A stretch of 64,000 nt of DNA from Escherichia coli (GTDB taxonomy: Bacteria > Pseudomonadota > Gammaproteobacteria > Enterobacterales > Enterobacteriaceae). The position numbers and the translations under genes were made by a program. Of the stretch, positions 24,747-36,937 are shown one piece after another. Below the pieces are notes generated by a model, which searched no databases, was not told where the DNA came from, and saw only the letters and a list, made by a program, of their open reading frames with translations. The stretch lies in NCBI RefSeq assembly GCF_022846255.1, contig NZ_AP025682.1. One strand, given 5' to 3'. Numbering within the stretch: position 1 is the first letter of the stretch; the number at the start of each line of letters is the position of its first letter.

Positions 24747-25793
24747 TCAGGCTTCCTCTTGTAACAATAGCGCGTTGAGTTCTTCCAGTACGCGCTGGGG
24801 AGTAATGTCGATCAAGCTCTGGTGATAACCCTCCGCAGCGTCACCTTTACGCACTTTGTGATAGCCGGTAATCAGGCGGATCACGCGCGCTTTATGGGAT
24901 AGCGGTGGTGTGAAGTCCGGGCTGCTTGGTCCATACAGGGCAACCAGCGGACGATTGAGCGCCGCCGCAACGTGCATCAGACCAGAATCGTTAGTGACAA
25001 TGGCCTTACAGGCTGCAATCAGGATAACCGCTTGATCAAGCTGTGTTTCTCCCGCCAGATTCCGACACCATGCCTGCTGCTCGGTATTCAAAGCGGCAAG
25101 AATCTCATTGCCCGCCTCATGATCTTTCGCCGAGCCAAACAGAACTACCTGATAACCTTCATCAATCAGCTGCTTTGCCAGCTCCGCATAGTGGTAGTGT
25201 GGCCAGCGTTTTGCCGGACCAAACTCCGCACCCGGGCAAAAACCAATCATCGGACGTTCTGATGAGAGCGAAAATTGATTACAGGTATATGATTTTTCAC
25301 CTTCGCTCACCTGCAACTGCGGCCATAACAATGGTTGCGGCAGATCTTGTGCGGTACGCATAACGCCTTTGTCATAGGCCAGCGCGATATAGCGTTCCAC
25401 CATTAGCGGCCAGGCTTCTTTATCGAGCACGCGTACATCGTTGAGTAAACCGTAGCGCATCTCGCCGCGCCAGCCGGTGCGATGAGGAATACCTGCGAAG
25501 AAAGGCACTAATGCGGATTTGAAGGAGTTAGGTAAGACGTAGGCGCGGTCGTAGCGCTTTTCACGCAGACTATGACCCAGTTTGCGGCGTTCGCCGATTT
25601 CCAGCGCTCCGTGACCGAGAGGCATAGGGATCGCTTCGTTAACTTCCGGCATCCGCGATAATAATGGACGGCACCATGCCGGTGCCATCACGTCGATTAT
25701 CGCCTGGGGATAGCGCGCCTGGAGCGTGCGATAGAGACTTTGCGACATCATCATGTCGCCAACCCAAGACGGGCCGATCACCAGTATTTTCAT
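24747..25793 (-). CDS. waaF: LPS heptosyltransferase II WaaF
   Basis: 348-aa ORF MKILVIGPSWVGDMMMSQSLYRTLQARYPQAIIDVMAPAWCRPLLSRMPEVNEAIP... Confidence 0.95.
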   Translation of the reverse strand: MKILVIGPSWVGDMMMSQSLYRTLQARYPQAIIDVMAPAWCRPLLSRMPEVNEAIPMPLGHGALEIGERRKLGHSLREKRYDRAYVLPNSFKSALVPFFAGIPHRTGWRGEMRYGLLNDVRVLDKEAWPLMVERYIALAYDKGVMRTAQDLPQPLLWPQLQVSEGEKSYTCNQFSLSSERPMIGFCPGAEFGPAKRWPHYHYAELAKQLIDEGYQVVLFGSAKDHEAGNEILAALNTEQQAWCRNLAGETQLDQAVILIAACKAIVTNDSGLMHVAAALNRPLVALYGPSSPDFTPPLSHKARVIRLITGYHKVRKGDAAEGYHQSLIDITPQRVLEELNALLLQEEA

Positions 25794-25802
25794 GCAGAGC
25801 TC

Positions 25803-26735
25803 TTATGCGTCACGATTCAGCCAGGCCATGTATTCCGTTACGCCTTCGGCAACGGTTTTGAACGGTTTATCGTAACCCGCCGCGCGCAGATTCGTCAGAT
25901 CTGCCTGAGTGAACGCCTGGTAGCGGCCTTTCAGTTTATCCGGGAACGGAATGTATTCGATTTGGCCTTTCTTGTGATAAGCAAGCGTAGCATCTGCTAC
26001 TGCCTGGAAGGATTCCGCACGACCGGTGCCGAGGTTGAAGATGCCGGAAACGCCATTTTCCAGGAACCACAGGTTTACATCTGCCACGTCGCCCACATAG
26101 ACGAAGTCACGTTTAAAGTTCTCGCTACCTTCGAACAGCTTCGGTGATTCACCGTTATTAAGCTGGGTGTTGAGATGGAAAGCGACGCTCGCCATACTGC
26201 CTTTATGGCCTTCACGCGGTCCATAAACGTTGAAATAACGGAAGCCAACAATCTGCGAGTTCGCTTCAGGCAGGATTTGGCGAACATATTCATCAAACAG
26301 GAATTTTGAGTAACCGTAGACATTCAACGGTTTTTCATATTCGCGGGATTCAATAAAGTCGGAGGTGCGTCCACCGTAAGTGGCTGCGGAAGAGGCATAC
26401 AGGAACGGGATTTCGCGCTCCAGACAGTAGTGCAGCAGCTCTTTGGAGTATTGATAGTTGTTATCCATCATATACTTGCCGTCCCACTCGGTGGTGGAAG
26501 AGCACGCGCCTTCGTGGAAAATCGCTTCGACATCGCCGAACTCTTCGCCAGCCATAATCTGGATCAGGAAGTCTTCCTTATCCATATAGTCCGCGATATC
26601 CAGATCCACCAGGTTCACAAACTTGGTGCCGTCTTTCAGGTTGTCCACCACCAGAATATCGGTGATGCCTTTATCATTCAGGGCTTTAACGATGTTGCTT
26701 CCGATAAAGCCCGCGCCGCCGGTAACGATGATCAT
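25803..26735 (-). CDS. hldD: ADP-L-glycero-D-manno-heptose 6-epimerase
   Basis: 310-aa [45 protein letters not shown]... (Rossmann GGAGFIG). Confidence 0.95.
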
Positions 26736-26948
26736 AACTGTAACCTTCGAATTATGGAGTCAGAGACAATCTCAGACACGAATACTTCTATCATATCACT
26801 ACATGACGTTGGCTTCAGCCATTCACCAAAAGTGAGGGGGCTGGACGTTATTTATCCTGAATTTTGCAGAAGTGTTAACGCGTCATCTCGTCGCGACCTA
26901 TAAGTTTGGGTAATATGTGCTGGAATTTGCCCTGTCTGGAGAATCGCA

Positions 26949-28145
26949 ATGCGTGGAGAATTTTATCAGCAGTTAACCAACGATCTGGAAACCGCACGGG
27001 CGGAAGGGTTGTTTAAAGAAGAGCGCATTATTACGTCTGCGCAGCAAGCAGATATCACTGTGGCTGATGGAAGCCACGTCATTAACTTTTGTGCCAACAA
27101 CTATCTCGGACTGGCGAATCATCCGGATCTGATTGCGGCGGCAAAGGCGGGAATGGATTCTCACGGTTTCGGCATGGCTTCGGTGCGTTTTATTTGCGGT
27201 ACCCAGGACAGCCATAAAGAGCTTGAACAAAAACTGGCGGCATTCCTGGGGATGGAAGATGCGATTCTCTACTCTTCCTGCTTTGATGCTAACGGTGGCC
27301 TGTTTGAAACGCTGCTGAGCGCGGAGGACGCCATTATCTCCGACGCACTGAACCACGCGTCTATTATTGATGGTGTGCGTCTGTGTAAAGCCAAACGCTA
27401 TCGTTATGCCAACAACGATATGCAGGAGCTGGAAGCACGTCTGAAAGAAGCGCGTGAAGCCGGTGCGCGTCATGTGCTGATTGCCACCGATGGTGTGTTC
27501 TCGATGGACGGCGTGATTGCCAACCTGAAGGGCGTTTGCGATCTGGCAGATAAATACGATGCCTTGGTGATGGTAGACGACTCCCACGCGGTCGGTTTTG
27601 TCGGTGAAAATGGTCGTGGTTCCCATGAATACTGCGATGTGATGGGGCGTGTAGACATCATTACCGGTACGTTGGGTAAAGCGTTGGGCGGGGCTTCTGG
27701 TGGTTATACCGCGGGGCGCAAAGAAGTGGTTGAGTGGCTGCGCCAGCGTTCTCGTCCGTACCTGTTCTCCAACTCGCTGGCACCAGCGATTGTCGCCGCA
27801 TCCATCAAAGTACTGGAGATGGTCGAAGCGGGTAGCGAGCTGCGTGACCGTCTGTGGGCGAACGCGCGTCAGTTCCGTGAGCAAATGTCGGCGGCGGGCT
27901 TTACCCTGGCGGGAGCCGATCACGCCATTATTCCCGTCATGCTTGGCGATGCGGTAGTGGCGCAGAAATTTGCCCGTGAGCTGCAAAAAGAGGGCATTTA
28001 CGTCACCGGTTTCTTCTATCCGGTCGTTCCTAAAGGTCAGGCGCGTATTCGTACCCAGATGTCTGCGGCGCATACCCCTGAGCAAATTACGCGTGCAGTA
28101 GAAGCATTCACGCGTATTGGTAAACAACTGGGCGTTATCGCCTGA
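26949..28145 (+). CDS. kbl: 2-amino-3-ketobutyrate CoA ligase
   Basis: 398-aa [62 protein letters not shown]... Confidence 0.95.
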   Translation: MRGEFYQQLTNDLETARAEGLFKEERIITSAQQADITVADGSHVINFCANNYLGLANHPDLIAAAKAGMDSHGFGMASVRFICGTQDSHKELEQKLAAFLGMEDAILYSSCFDANGGLFETLLSAEDAIISDALNHASIIDGVRLCKAKRYRYANNDMQELEARLKEAREAGARHVLIATDGVFSMDGVIANLKGVCDLADKYDALVMVDDSHAVGFVGENGRGSHEYCDVMGRVDIITGTLGKALGGASGGYTAGRKEVVEWLRQRSRPYLFSNSLAPAIVAASIKVLEMVEAGSELRDRLWANARQFREQMSAAGFTLAGADHAIIPVMLGDAVVAQKFARELQKEGIYVTGFFYPVVPKGQARIRTQMSAAHTPEQITRAVEAFTRIGKQLGVIA

Positions 28146-28154
28146 GGGTGTGAG

Positions 28155-29180
28155 ATGAAAGCGTTATCCAAACTGAAAGCGGAAGAGGGCATCTGGATGA
28201 CCGACGTTCCTGTACCGGAACTCGGGCATAACGATCTGCTGATTAAAATCCGTAAAACAGCCATCTGCGGGACTGACGTTCACATCTATAACTGGGATGA
28301 GTGGTCGCAAAAAACCATCCCGGTGCCGATGGTCGTGGGCCATGAATATGTCGGTGAAGTGGTAGGTATTGGTCAGGAAGTGAAAGGCTTCAAGATTGGC
28401 GATCGCGTTTCTGGCGAAGGCCATATCACCTGCGGTCACTGTCGCAACTGTCGTGGCGGTCGTACCCATCTGTGCCGCAACACGATCGGCGTCGGTGTTA
28501 ACCGTCCGGGCTGCTTCGCCGAGTATCTGGTGATTCCGGCGTTCAACGCCTTCAAAATCCCGGACAATATCTCCGACGACCTGGCTTCCATTTTTGATCC
28601 CTTCGGTAACGCTGTGCATACCGCGCTGTCGTTCGATCTGGTTGGCGAGGATGTGCTGGTCTCTGGTGCAGGTCCGATAGGTATTATGGCTGCGGCGGTG
28701 GCGAAACACGTTGGTGCACGCAATGTGGTGATCACTGATGTTAACGAATACCGCCTTGAGCTGGCACGCAAAATGGGTATCACCCGTGCGGTTAACGTCG
28801 CTAAAGAAAACCTTAATGATGTGATGACAGAACTGGGCATGACCGAAGGCTTTGATGTCGGTCTGGAAATGTCCGGTGCGCCGCCAGCGTTTCGTACCAT
28901 GCTCGACACCATGAACCACGGCGGTCGTATTGCGATGCTGGGTATTCCACCGTCCGATATGTCTATCGACTGGACCAAAGTAATCTTTAAAGGCTTGTTC
29001 ATTAAAGGTATTTACGGTCGTGAGATGTTTGAAACCTGGTACAAGATGGCGGCGCTGATTCAGTCTGGCCTCGATCTCTCGCCGATCATTACCCATCGTT
29101 TCTCTATCGATGATTTCCAGAAGGGCTTTGACGCTATGCGTTCGGGCCAGTCCGGGAAAGTTATTCTGAGCTGGGATTAA
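28155..29180 (+). CDS. tdh: L-threonine 3-dehydrogenase
   Basis: 341-aa [59 protein letters not shown]... Confidence 0.95.
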   Translation: MKALSKLKAEEGIWMTDVPVPELGHNDLLIKIRKTAICGTDVHIYNWDEWSQKTIPVPMVVGHEYVGEVVGIGQEVKGFKIGDRVSGEGHITCGHCRNCRGGRTHLCRNTIGVGVNRPGCFAEYLVIPAFNAFKIPDNISDDLASIFDPFGNAVHTALSFDLVGEDVLVSGAGPIGIMAAAVAKHVGARNVVITDVNEYRLELARKMGITRAVNVAKENLNDVMTELGMTEGFDVGLEMSGAPPAFRTMLDTMNHGGRIAMLGIPPSDMSIDWTKVIFKGLFIKGIYGREMFETWYKMAALIQSGLDLSPIITHRFSIDDFQKGFDAMRSGQSGKVILSWD

Positions 29181-29187
29181 CACGAAC

Positions 29188-29212
29188 AAGGGCTGGTATT
29201 CCAGCCCTTTTG
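29188..29212 (+). terminator. Rho-independent terminator of kbl-tdh (AAGGGCTGG-TATT-CCAGCCCTT then TT)
   Basis: Perfect 9-bp GC-rich stem starting 8 nt after the tdh stop, followed by a T-run. Confidence 0.6.
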
Positions 29213-29418
29213 CCTGAGGATAATCCGTTAAATATGTAAAATCCTGTCAGTGTAATCAAGATATCGTAATTGCGCTGATCTCTTATATAGCTGCTCTCAT
29301 TATCTCTCTACCCTGACGTGACTCTCTCACCGGTAAAAATAATATCTCACAGGCTTAATAGTTTCTTAATACAAAGCCTGTAAAACGTCAGGATAACTTC
29401 AGAGGTCGTCGGTAATTT

Positions 29419-30453
29419 ATGATGAACAGCACCAATAAACTTAGTGTTATTATTCCGTTATATAATGCGGGCGATGATTTCCGCACTTGTATGGAATCTT
29501 TAATTGCGCAAACATGGACTGCTCTGGAAATCATTATTATTAACGATGGTTCAACGGATAATTCTGTTGAAATAGCAAAGCATTACGCAGAAAACTATCC
29601 GCACGTTCGTTTGTTGCATCAGGCGAATTCTGGCGCATCGGTGGCGCGTAATCGTGGGATTGAAGTGGCAACGGGAAAATATGTCGCTTTTGTCGATGCT
29701 GACGATGAGGTCTATCCCACCATGTACGAAACGCTGATGACCATGGCGTTAGAGGACGACCTCGACGTGGCGCAGTGCAACGCTGATTGGTGTTTTCGTG
29801 AAACGGGTGAAACCTGGCAATCCATCCCTACCGATCGCCTTCGCTCAACCGGTGTATTAACTGGTCCGGACTGGCTGCGGATGGGACTTTCTTCCCGCCG
29901 TTGGACACACGTGGTCTGGATGGGGGTTTATCGCCGCGATGTTATTGTTAAAAATAACATTAAATTTATTGCCGGATTACATCATCAGGATATTGTCTGG
30001 ACAACAGAATTTATGTTTAACGCGCTGCGTGCGCGATATACCGAGCAATCATTATATAAATATTATCTGCATAATACGTCAGTGAGTCGGTTGCATAGAC
30101 AAGGGAATAAAAACCTTAATTATCAACGTCACTATATTAAGATTACCCGCCTGCTGGAGAAATTAAATCGAAATTATGCCGACAAAATTACGATTTATCC
30201 GGAATTTCATCAGCAAATAACTTACGAAGCATTGCGTGTTTGCCATGCGGTGCGCAAAGAGCCGGATATTATTACCCGCCAACGGATGATTGCTGAGATA
30301 TTTACTTCCGGTATGTATAAGCGCCTGATTACCAATGTGCGCAGCGTGAAGGTGGGTTACCAGGCGTTACTGTGGTCTTTCCGCTTATGGCAATGGCGCG
30401 ACAAAACGCGGTCGCACCATCGCATTACGCGTAGCGCCTTTAATTTGCGCTAG
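29419..30453 (+). CDS. waaH: LPS inner-core family-2 glycosyltransferase WaaH (YibD)
   Basis: 344-aa ORF MMNSTNKLSVIIPLYNAGDDFRTCMESLIAQTWTALEIIIINDGSTDNS...VAFVDADD (GT2 DxD). Confidence 0.85.
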   Translation: MMNSTNKLSVIIPLYNAGDDFRTCMESLIAQTWTALEIIIINDGSTDNSVEIAKHYAENYPHVRLLHQANSGASVARNRGIEVATGKYVAFVDADDEVYPTMYETLMTMALEDDLDVAQCNADWCFRETGETWQSIPTDRLRSTGVLTGPDWLRMGLSSRRWTHVVWMGVYRRDVIVKNNIKFIAGLHHQDIVWTTEFMFNALRARYTEQSLYKYYLHNTSVSRLHRQGNKNLNYQRHYIKITRLLEKLNRNYADKITIYPEFHQQITYEALRVCHAVRKEPDIITRQRMIAEIFTSGMYKRLITNVRSVKVGYQALLWSFRLWQWRDKTRSHHRITRSAFNLR

Positions 30454-31399
30454 CGTTAAGTTTTGCCGATTCGGGCTGTTTGCCCCAGCCTTGCCACTGA
30501 TGCTGGAAGTAAACGATCAGCGTGCTCTGGCTGATGCTTTCGCTTAATACTTCAAAGAAGCGATTAGCATAAACAGGTTCTATCGGCTTCTTCGGTTTGC
30601 ACAGCTTCACGCCACGGAATGGATTACGCGGTGTGTCGGGCACAGTGTTTTTCGGCGGTGTAGACGTATCAACCTGCGGTTCATTCAACAAGCTGCTGGC
30701 TTTCACCAGCGTAATGTCTGGCGGCAGGTTATAAACCATCTGTTGTAGCACGCGTACCGTTGAAGGGTGAGGATGTCCAATGGCAATGGTTGAACCGTTG
30801 CGACGTGCCAGGTCAATTGCGCGATTAAATTGCATACGGATGTCCGCTTCATTTTGCGAATCGTCGAGGAACACCTTCCGTTTGATCACCTTCACGCCAG
30901 TGCCTTGCGCGGCGCGCATCGCCTGGGTATTACCGATGGTTACGCTGTCGAGGAAGTAAAGATTGTAACGCTCCAGCGCCTGCATCACTTTCTGCATACC
31001 AAACAGGTTAGAGGTCATCTTGCTGCCCATGTGGTTGTTGATCCCCACGGCATAGGGCACGTTATTGACCGCACTACGAATAATGCGCTCAATTTCGTCG
31101 CTGCTCATCTCCGGGCGTAGCGTATTTTTCTCCAGCGGCTGTTTACTCAGTGGTGCCATCGGTAGATGAATCAACACTTCGTGACCGCTGTTATGTGCTT
31201 TGGTCGCCATCTCTCTGGCGTGCGGTGAATCGGGTAATACAGCGACGGAGATAGCGGAAGGCATCGCCAGCACCTGGTTTTCGTTGTGCGGGCGATACCC
31301 AAAATCATCAATGACGATGGCAAGTTTGCCAGCAATTACGGGGGAGGAGAGCGCCAACAGAGCGGCAAATGCAAGAACGTTACGACGAAATGGAAACAA
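30440..31399 (-). CDS. yibQ: Divergent polysaccharide deacetylase family protein YibQ
   Basis: 319-aa ORF with signal peptide MFPFRRNVLAFAALLALSSPVIAG...; lies immediately downstream of envC as in K-12. Confidence 0.85.
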   Translation of the reverse strand: MFPFRRNVLAFAALLALSSPVIAGKLAIVIDDFGYRPHNENQVLAMPSAISVAVLPDSPHAREMATKAHNSGHEVLIHLPMAPLSKQPLEKNTLRPEMSSDEIERIIRSAVNNVPYAVGINNHMGSKMTSNLFGMQKVMQALERYNLYFLDSVTIGNTQAMRAAQGTGVKVIKRKVFLDDSQNEADIRMQFNRAIDLARRNGSTIAIGHPHPSTVRVLQQMVYNLPPDITLVKASSLLNEPQVDTSTPPKNTVPDTPRNPFRGVKLCKPKKPIEPVYANRFFEVLSESISQSTLIVYFQHQWQGWGKQPESAKLNASAN

Positions 31400-31402
31400 A
31401 AC

Positions 31403-32662
31403 TTATCTTCCCAACCACGGCTGTGGATTGACCGCCTGACCCTGGCGGCGAATTTCGAAATAGAGTGAAGGCCGACCCTGACCGCCACTGCTGCCCACCA
31501 GTGCAATTGGCTGGCCCGCGCGAACCTGCGAACCAACGCTCACCAGTGCGCTCTGATTATAGCCGTAAAGACTCATGTCGCCTTTACCATGCTCAACCAC
31601 CACCACCAGACCGTAGCCTTGCAGCCAGTCAGCCAGAATCACCCGGCCGTCGGCAATCGCTTTAACTTCAGTACCTTCAGAGGCACCAATCACCATCCCT
31701 TTCCAGCGTAATTCACCCTGTAGCTGTTCGCCATAGCGATGCAGCGTCGGCCCGCGAACTGGCCAGAATGCCTGACCGCGCGGTGCGCCCAGACCACCGG
31801 TACGGGACATCAGCGATTTTTCGCTTTCGGTCGGCTTGTAGGTGGTGCCTTTGCGCGTCGCTTCTTTCTGGCGGTCGCGAACCGCCTGGGCTTCGCGCGC
31901 TTCACGTTCAGCACGCGCTTTCGCCGCGGCTTCCGCACGGGCAATGCTGTTACGCAGACGGGATTCGTTGGCGCGCAGCTCGCTCAACTGTTGCTGACCT
32001 TGCTGGATGGAAGACTCCAGCCCTGCCAGTGTTTTCTTACGCTCGCTCAACGCCTGGGTCAGCTTCGCCTGTTGGGCGCGCTGCTCATATAAAAGCGTTT
32101 GTTGCTCGCTCTGTTTCTCTTCCAGTTCGGCACGCTGCATAGCGACTTCTTCACGCGTTTGTTTCAACTGAGCAATGGTTTCTTGTCGCGCCTGGTTGAG
32201 ATAGCCGAAATAAGCCTGTAACCGCTGCCCACGCTGGCTTTCTTCACCGCTGAGAATCAGCTGAATACCGGTATGTTCACCCTGACGAAACGCGGCATCC
32301 AGTTGCGCGGCGAGGCTGCGCTCCTGGGCGGCTTTTTGCTGCTCTAGTTTGGCAATCGACGCGTTCATCTCATCAATCTGTTTATTCAGTTGATTAAGCG
32401 TGTTTTGCGTTTCGCGCAGTTTACGGGTGGCTTCAGAGATCGCTTCTTCCTGCTTTTTCAATTGTGCGAGCAGGCTTGCGCGTTGTTGTTGCTTTTGGCG
32501 TACCGCGCGCTCTTTCGCGGCGATGTCAGCCTGAATGGATTTGAGTTGGTCACGCTCATCCGCGTGGGCGGAAAAGGCGCACAACAATACGCCAGCGCTC
32601 AGAACGCTGGCGTAGATGATGGGCCTGATTGCAAACCTGCGCGGTTTCACGGCCCGTGTCAT
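31403..32662 (-). CDS. envC: Murein hydrolase activator EnvC (coiled coil plus LytM domain)
   Basis: ORF contains MTRAVKPRRFAIRPIIYASVLSAGVLLCAFSAHADERDQLKSIQ..., Q/A/E-rich coiled coil and C-terminal LytM-like region; 419 aa from ATG at 32660-32662. Confidence 0.9.
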   Translation of the reverse strand: MTRAVKPRRFAIRPIIYASVLSAGVLLCAFSAHADERDQLKSIQADIAAKERAVRQKQQQRASLLAQLKKQEEAISEATRKLRETQNTLNQLNKQIDEMNASIAKLEQQKAAQERSLAAQLDAAFRQGEHTGIQLILSGEESQRGQRLQAYFGYLNQARQETIAQLKQTREEVAMQRAELEEKQSEQQTLLYEQRAQQAKLTQALSERKKTLAGLESSIQQGQQQLSELRANESRLRNSIARAEAAAKARAEREAREAQAVRDRQKEATRKGTTYKPTESEKSLMSRTGGLGAPRGQAFWPVRGPTLHRYGEQLQGELRWKGMVIGASEGTEVKAIADGRVILADWLQGYGLVVVVEHGKGDMSLYGYNQSALVSVGSQVRAGQPIALVGSSGGQGRPSLYFEIRRQGQAVNPQPWLGR

Positions 32663-32695
32663 GGTATTAATCGCCTTTCCCCTCATGGGGAGGGA

Positions 32696-34240
32696 TTATT
32701 CCACGATGAACAGCGGCTTACCAGTCATCTCTTGCGGGATTTCCATACCCATCAGCGACAACATGGTCGGCGCGATGTCAGAAAGTTTGCCGCCTTCAAC
32801 CGCTTTCACGTTCTTATCACCAACGTAAATCAGCGGAACTGGCAGGTTGGTGTGTGCTGTGTGTGCCTGACCCGTTGCCGGATCGCGCATCTGTTCAGCG
32901 TTACCGTGGTCAGCGGTGATCAGCAGTTGTCCACCCACGGACTCAACCGCTTTCGCGACTTCTTCCACGCAGTGATCCAGCGCTTCAACCGCTTTAACCG
33001 CCGCTTCCATCACCCCGGTGTGACCTACCATGTCGCCGTTCGGATAGTTACAGATAATGGTGTCGTATTTGCCGCTCTTGATTGCCGCAACCAGTTTTTC
33101 GGTCAGCTCTGCGGAGCTCATTTCCGGTTGCAGATCGTAGGTAGCCACTTTCGGTGAGTTGATCAGAATGCGATCTTCGCCTTTGAACGACTCTTCTACG
33201 CCACCGTTGAAGAAGAAAGTAACGTGGGCATATTTTTCGGTTTCGGAAATACGCAGCTGAGTTTTGTCGTTTTTCGCCATCCACTCGCCGAAGGTGTTAA
33301 CCAGGGAAGCGGGTGGGTAAGCCACTGCGGTTTTGATGTCGGCAGCGTATTCGGTCAGCATCACGAAATCGACGTTAACCACTTTCTTACGCGCGAAGCC
33401 ATCGAAATCAGCGTTCACGAAAGCACGAGTGATTTCACGCGCGCGGTCAGCACGGAAGTTCATGAAAATCAGCGCATCGCCGTCTTCCATTGCCGCATCT
33501 GGCTGACCTTCTGCACGAATAACGGTCGCTTTCACGAACTCGTCGTTTTCGTCGCGAGCATAAGCAGCCTGCAAACCGGCAACGGCGGTATCGGCCTGGA
33601 ACTCACCTTGCGCCAGAGTCAGCAGGTCATAAGCTTTTTCAACGCGATCCCAACGGTTATCGCGGTCCATCGCGTAGTAACGACCAATGATGGACGCTAC
33701 GCGGCCTTTACCCAGCGCGGCAAATTTCTCTTCGAATTTTTTCAGCGAGGATTCAGCACTGCGCGGCGGAGTGTCGCGACCGTCAAGGAATGCGTGTAGG
33801 TAGATTTTTTCTGCGCCGCGTTCAGCTGCCAGTTCTACCATCGCCATGATGTGATCTTCGTGGCTGTGTACACCACCTGCGGAGAGCAGACCCATAATGT
33901 GTACTGCTTTGCCTGCGTTTTTCGCTTTATCTACTGCACCAGTCAACACCGGATTAGCAAAGAAAGCGCGATCTTTGATTTCAACGTCCAGACGAGTCAG
34001 GTCCTGATACACGATGCGGCCGGCACCCAGGTTAACGTGGCCTACTTCGGAGTTGCCCATCTGACGGTCAGGCAGACCGACTTCCAGACCGGAAGCGTCG
34101 ATCAGGGTATGCGGACGATTGGCCCACAGTGCATCCATTACCGGGGTTTTAGCACTAAAAATGGCGTTATCCTGCTGTTCTTCGCGATAGCCATAGCCAT
34201 CCAGAATCACCAGTACCATAGGTTTTTTAGAAACCGACAT
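32696..34240 (-). CDS. gpmM: 2,3-bisphosphoglycerate-independent phosphoglycerate mutase
   Basis: ORF contains [44 protein letters not shown]...; 514 aa from ATG at 34238-34240. Confidence 0.95.
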   Translation of the reverse strand: MSVSKKPMVLVILDGYGYREEQQDNAIFSAKTPVMDALWANRPHTLIDASGLEVGLPDRQMGNSEVGHVNLGAGRIVYQDLTRLDVEIKDRAFFANPVLTGAVDKAKNAGKAVHIMGLLSAGGVHSHEDHIMAMVELAAERGAEKIYLHAFLDGRDTPPRSAESSLKKFEEKFAALGKGRVASIIGRYYAMDRDNRWDRVEKAYDLLTLAQGEFQADTAVAGLQAAYARDENDEFVKATVIRAEGQPDAAMEDGDALIFMNFRADRAREITRAFVNADFDGFARKKVVNVDFVMLTEYAADIKTAVAYPPASLVNTFGEWMAKNDKTQLRISETEKYAHVTFFFNGGVEESFKGEDRILINSPKVATYDLQPEMSSAELTEKLVAAIKSGKYDTIICNYPNGDMVGHTGVMEAAVKAVEALDHCVEEVAKAVESVGGQLLITADHGNAEQMRDPATGQAHTAHTNLPVPLIYVGDKNVKAVEGGKLSDIAPTMLSLMGMEIPQEMTGKPLFIVE

Positions 34241-34484
34241 TGCGACAACCTCATACTCAAGAGTCAAAATTTGCGTAATTTTACTACAGCTGAATCGATA
34301 AAATAGCCTCTGAAGATCAAAATATACGACCGCTCGCGGCAAGCAGATGCCAGATTTACGCTTTTTTTTCGTAGCGCCCCGCAAAATTGCATTCCAGTTA
34401 ACGCGCTGGCTGTATTTGCCGCAACGCGCAGGTATACTCCTTTCCTGGTTTTTTTAATCACTACGTCGGGAGTTGTTACCCCCC

Positions 34485-34916
34485 ATGCAAGAAATTATGC
34501 AATTTGTTGGCCGTCATCCCATACTGAGTATCGCCTGGATCGCGTTACTGGTGGCGGTTCTTGTGACTACGTTTAAGAGCCTGACCTCGAAAGTGAAGGT
34601 GATTACTCGTGGTGAAGCTACGCGTCTGATCAACAAAGAAGACGCTGTGGTTGTGGATTTACGTCAGCGTGATGACTTCCGTAAAGGCCATATCGCAGGT
34701 TCTATCAACCTGTTGCCGAGCGAAATCAAAGCCAACAATGTTGGTGAGCTTGAGAAGCACAAAGACAAACCGGTTATCGTGGTAGATGGTTCTGGCATGC
34801 AGTGCCAGGAGCCTGCAAACGCGCTGACGAAAGCTGGTTTTGCGCAAGTATTCGTACTGAAAGAAGGCGTCGCTGGCTGGGCTGGCGAAAACTTGCCTTT
34901 GGTGCGCGGCAAATAA
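34485..34916 (+). CDS. yibN: Rhodanese-domain inner membrane protein YibN
   Basis: [35 protein letters not shown]...; 143 aa. Confidence 0.85.
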
Positions 34917-35056
34917 TTTACCTGTCGTCTTTCATGATGCAGGCCGTTAGCTGCAATTAGGCCCCCAGCGACTTATTGATATAAGCTTCTGGGGACACTC
35001 CATTTTGCTGCCGCCCTGCAACATGAAATTTCAGGGTAAAAAACAGGAGCTAATTT

Positions 35057-35308
35057 ATGGCCAATGTTGAAATCTATACCAAAGAAACCTGCCCGTATTG
35101 CCATCGTGCAAAAGCACTGCTGAGCAGCAAGGGCGTGAGTTTTCAGGAGTTGCCGATCGATGGCAATGCCGCTAAGCGTGAAGAGATGATCAAACGCAGT
35201 GGTCGCACCACGGTTCCACAGATTTTTATTGACGCACAGCACATTGGTGGCTGTGATGACTTGTATGCATTGGATGCACGTGGTGGACTGGATCCCCTGC
35301 TGAAATAA
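35057..35308 (+). CDS. grxC: Glutaredoxin 3
   Basis: 83-aa ORF MANVEIYTKETCPYCHRAKALLSSKGVSFQELPIDGNAAKREEM... (CPYC active site). Confidence 0.95.
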   Translation: MANVEIYTKETCPYCHRAKALLSSKGVSFQELPIDGNAAKREEMIKRSGRTTVPQIFIDAQHIGGCDDLYALDARGGLDPLLK

Positions 35309-35371
35309 CGTGTGAACGTTGGCATTACATTGCGCAGTATTTTAAGGACAACACTTAAGGGTTTTCTACAC

Positions 35372-35839
35372 ATGTCAGAACAAAACAACACCGAAATGAC
35401 TTTCCAGATCCAACGTATTTATACCAAGGATATTTCTTTCGAAGCGCCGAACGCGCCGCACGTTTTCCAGAAAGATTGGCAACCAGAAGTTAAACTTGAT
35501 CTGGATACGGCATCTACTCAACTGGCAGATGACGTTTACGAAGTGGTACTGCGTGTTACCGTAACGGCCTCCCTGGGCGAAGAAACCGCGTTCCTGTGTG
35601 AAGTTCAGCAGGGCGGTATTTTCTCCATCGCGGGTATCGAAGGCACCCAGATGGCACATTGCCTGGGCGCATACTGCCCGAACATTCTGTTCCCGTATGC
35701 TCGTGAGTGCATCACCAGCATGGTATCCCGCGGTACATTCCCGCAACTGAACCTTGCGCCGGTTAACTTCGATGCGCTGTTCATGAACTATTTGCAGCAG
35801 CAGGCTGGCGAAGGTACTGAAGAACATCAGGATGCCTGA
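35372..35839 (+). CDS. secB: Protein-export chaperone SecB
   Basis: [49 protein letters not shown]...; 155 aa. Confidence 0.95.
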
Positions 35840-36858
35840 TGAACCAACGTAATGCTTCAATGACTGTGATCGGTGCCGGCTCGTACGGCACCGCTCTTGC
35901 CATCACCCTGGCAAGAAATGGCCACGAGGTTGTCCTCTGGGGCCATGACCCTGAACATATCGCAACGCTTGAACGCGACCGCTGTAACGCCGCGTTTCTC
36001 CCCGATGTGCCTTTTCCCGATACGCTCCATCTTGAAAGCGATCTCGCCACTGCGCTGGCAGCCAGCCGTAATATTCTCGTCGTCGTACCCAGCCATGTCT
36101 TTGGTGAAGTGCTGCGCCAGATTAAACCGCTGATGCGTCCTGATGCGCGTCTGGTGTGGGCGACCAAAGGGCTGGAAGCAGAAACCGGACGTCTGTTACA
36201 GGACGTGGCGCGTGAGGCCTTAGGCGATCAAATTCCGCTGGCGGTTATCTCTGGCCCAACGTTTGCGAAAGAACTGGCGGCAGGTTTACCGACGGCCATT
36301 TCGCTGGCCTCGACGGACCAGACCTTTGCCGATGACCTCCAGCAATTGCTGCACTGCGGCAAAAGTTTCCGCGTTTACAGCAACCCGGATTTCATTGGCG
36401 TGCAGCTTGGCGGCGCGGTGAAAAACGTCATTGCCATTGGCGCGGGGATGTCTGACGGTATCGGTTTTGGCGCGAATGCGCGTACGGCGCTGATCACCCG
36501 TGGACTGGCTGAAATGTCGCGTCTTGGCGCGGCGCTGGGTGCCGATCCTGCCACCTTTATGGGCATGGCGGGGCTGGGCGATCTGGTGCTTACCTGTACC
36601 GACAACCAGTCGCGTAACCGCCGTTTTGGCATGATGCTCGGTCAGGGCATGGATGTACAAAGCGCGCAGGAAAAGATAGGTCAGGTGGTGGAAGGCTACC
36701 GCAATACGAAAGAAGTCCGCGAACTGGCGCATCGCTTCGGCGTTGAAATGCCAATAACCGAGGAAATTTATCAAGTATTATATTGCGGAAAAAACGCGCG
36801 CGAGGCAGCATTGACTTTACTAGGTCGTGCACGCAAGGACGAGCGCAGCAGCCACTAA
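35839..36858 (+). CDS. gpsA: NAD(P)H-dependent glycerol-3-phosphate dehydrogenase
   Basis: 339-aa [51 protein letters not shown]...; start overlaps the secB stop. Confidence 0.95.
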   Translation: MNQRNASMTVIGAGSYGTALAITLARNGHEVVLWGHDPEHIATLERDRCNAAFLPDVPFPDTLHLESDLATALAASRNILVVVPSHVFGEVLRQIKPLMRPDARLVWATKGLEAETGRLLQDVAREALGDQIPLAVISGPTFAKELAAGLPTAISLASTDQTFADDLQQLLHCGKSFRVYSNPDFIGVQLGGAVKNVIAIGAGMSDGIGFGANARTALITRGLAEMSRLGAALGADPATFMGMAGLGDLVLTCTDNQSRNRRFGMMLGQGMDVQSAQEKIGQVVEGYRNTKEVRELAHRFGVEMPITEEIYQVLYCGKNAREAALTLLGRARKDERSSH

Positions 36859-36937
36859 ACCCAGGGAACCTTTGTTACCACTATGACCCGGCCCGCGCAG
36901 AACGGGCCGGTCATTATCTCATCGTGTGGAGTAAGCA

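Noticed and set aside
26973-28127. 384-aa ORF on the minus strand
   Set aside because: Lies fully antisense to kbl, whose product is unambiguous; Arg/Gly/His-rich low-complexity translation typical of a shadow ORF in GC-rich coding DNA
28164-29189. 341-aa ORF on the minus strand
   Set aside because: Exactly antisense to tdh; shadow ORF with no recognisable domain
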